Shown: positions 15,457-15,876 of the stretch, in pieces | Layout: each line of letters opens with the position of its first letter | How positions within the stretch are numbered: the first letter of the stretch is position 1 | Assembly (NCBI GenBank): GCA_019057865.1 | Contig: JAHLWP010000059.1 | Span: forward strand, 1-15,876 | From: Promethearchaeota archaeon | Lineage (GTDB): Archaea > Asgardarchaeota > Lokiarchaeia > Sigyniarchaeales > SOKP01 | DNA: 15,876 nucleotides | Reading direction: 5' to 3' | Made by a program: the position numbers and the translations under genes | The notes under the pieces: model-generated | Told to the model about the DNA's origin: nothing | Databases searched by the model: none | What the model saw: only the letters and a program-made list of their open reading frames with translations

Positions 15457-15876
15457 TTACTCTTCTATTTCATTTTCAGTAGTTTCTTCCTCAAATTCCT
15501 CTTTTTTTTCTTTTTCTGGTTCTGACTTGAATTCATATACTGGTGGTGCAGGTATAGACTCATAAGTTGGTTTTGGCTTTGGTTCATATTCATTAGCTGG
15601 TTCAGGCTCTGGTTTGTAAGCTGGTTTTGGTTCTGGTTCATAAGAAGGCTCTGGTTTATATTCATAAGCTGACTCTGGTTTAGGTATAGGTTCATATGTC
15701 GGCTCAGGTTCTGGTTCAGGTGTAGGTTCATATACAGGTGGTTCAGGTATAGGCTCATATACCGGTTCTGGTTCTGGCTCAGGTGTAGGCTCATCTACCG
15801 GTGGTTCAGGTTCAGGTGTAGGTTCATATATTGGCTCTGGTTCTGGTTCTGGTGTAGGTTCATATATTGGCTCAGG
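15457..15876 (-). CDS. 3' end (139 aa, 5'-partial) of a Pro/Glu/Tyr-rich repeat protein with an acidic tail
   Basis: Frame is open from the window edge: [32 protein letters not shown]...[31 protein letters not shown]. Repeat copies differ largely at synonymous positions (CCA/CCT/CCG, GAA/GAG) in this frame. Confidence 0.85.
   Translation of the reverse strand, partial: PEPIYEPTPEPEPEPIYEPTPEPEPPVDEPTPEPEPEPVYEPIPEPPVYEPTPEPEPEPTYEPIPKPESAYEYKPEPSYEPEPKPAYKPEPEPANEYEPKPKPTYESIPAPPVYEFKSEPEKEKKEEFEEETTENEIEE
15530..15876 (-). repeat. Degenerate coding tandem repeat (~36-nt unit, [12 protein letters not shown])
   Basis: Two 12-aa units at the window edge are identical in protein sequence. Units become progressively shorter and more diverged toward the stop. 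Confidence 0.85.

Noticed and set aside
15465-15794. ORF-track 109-aa Asn/Gln/Leu-rich protein
   Set aside because: Shifted-frame shadow of the Pro/Glu repeat gene. Repeat variation is synonymous in the 15457..15876 frame.

Overview
AT-rich prokaryotic window, most consistent with an archaeon and possibly an Asgard/Lokiarchaeia-type genome. This is an inference from gene content: TrmB regulator, IorAB, DUF6125/V4R-like pair, URO-D-like protein, acyl-CoA ligase, GGTGA/AGGAG ribosome-binding sites and oligo-T terminators. Left to right: (1) a TrmB-family regulator divergent from a decaying regulon (flavodoxin/wHTH chimeric relic, Old Yellow Enzyme, truncated plus intact DUF6125-like paralogues), marked by four CAACT-N7-(A/T)GTTG palindromes in two pairs, each spaced exactly 71 bp; (2) a GGCT + class I glutamine amidotransferase pair; (3) an intergenic region holding two back-to-back gene relics (an SDR-like tail and an SH3-like fragment); (4) a 1.77-kb Mutator-like (DDE, CxxH) insertion sequence with 26-bp TG...CA inverted repeats, which appears to have landed in the exact centre of a perfect 26-bp palindrome; (5) a sphingosine-1-phosphate-lyase-like PLP enzyme, a URO-D/MtaA-superfamily protein and an acyl-CoA ligase; (6) convergent iorAB and an EamA transporter; (7) the 3' end of a Pro/Glu/Tyr repeat protein (EPIYE, PPxY motifs), which the ORF track calls in the wrong frame. 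All family calls come from motif recognition by eye; no database searches were run.
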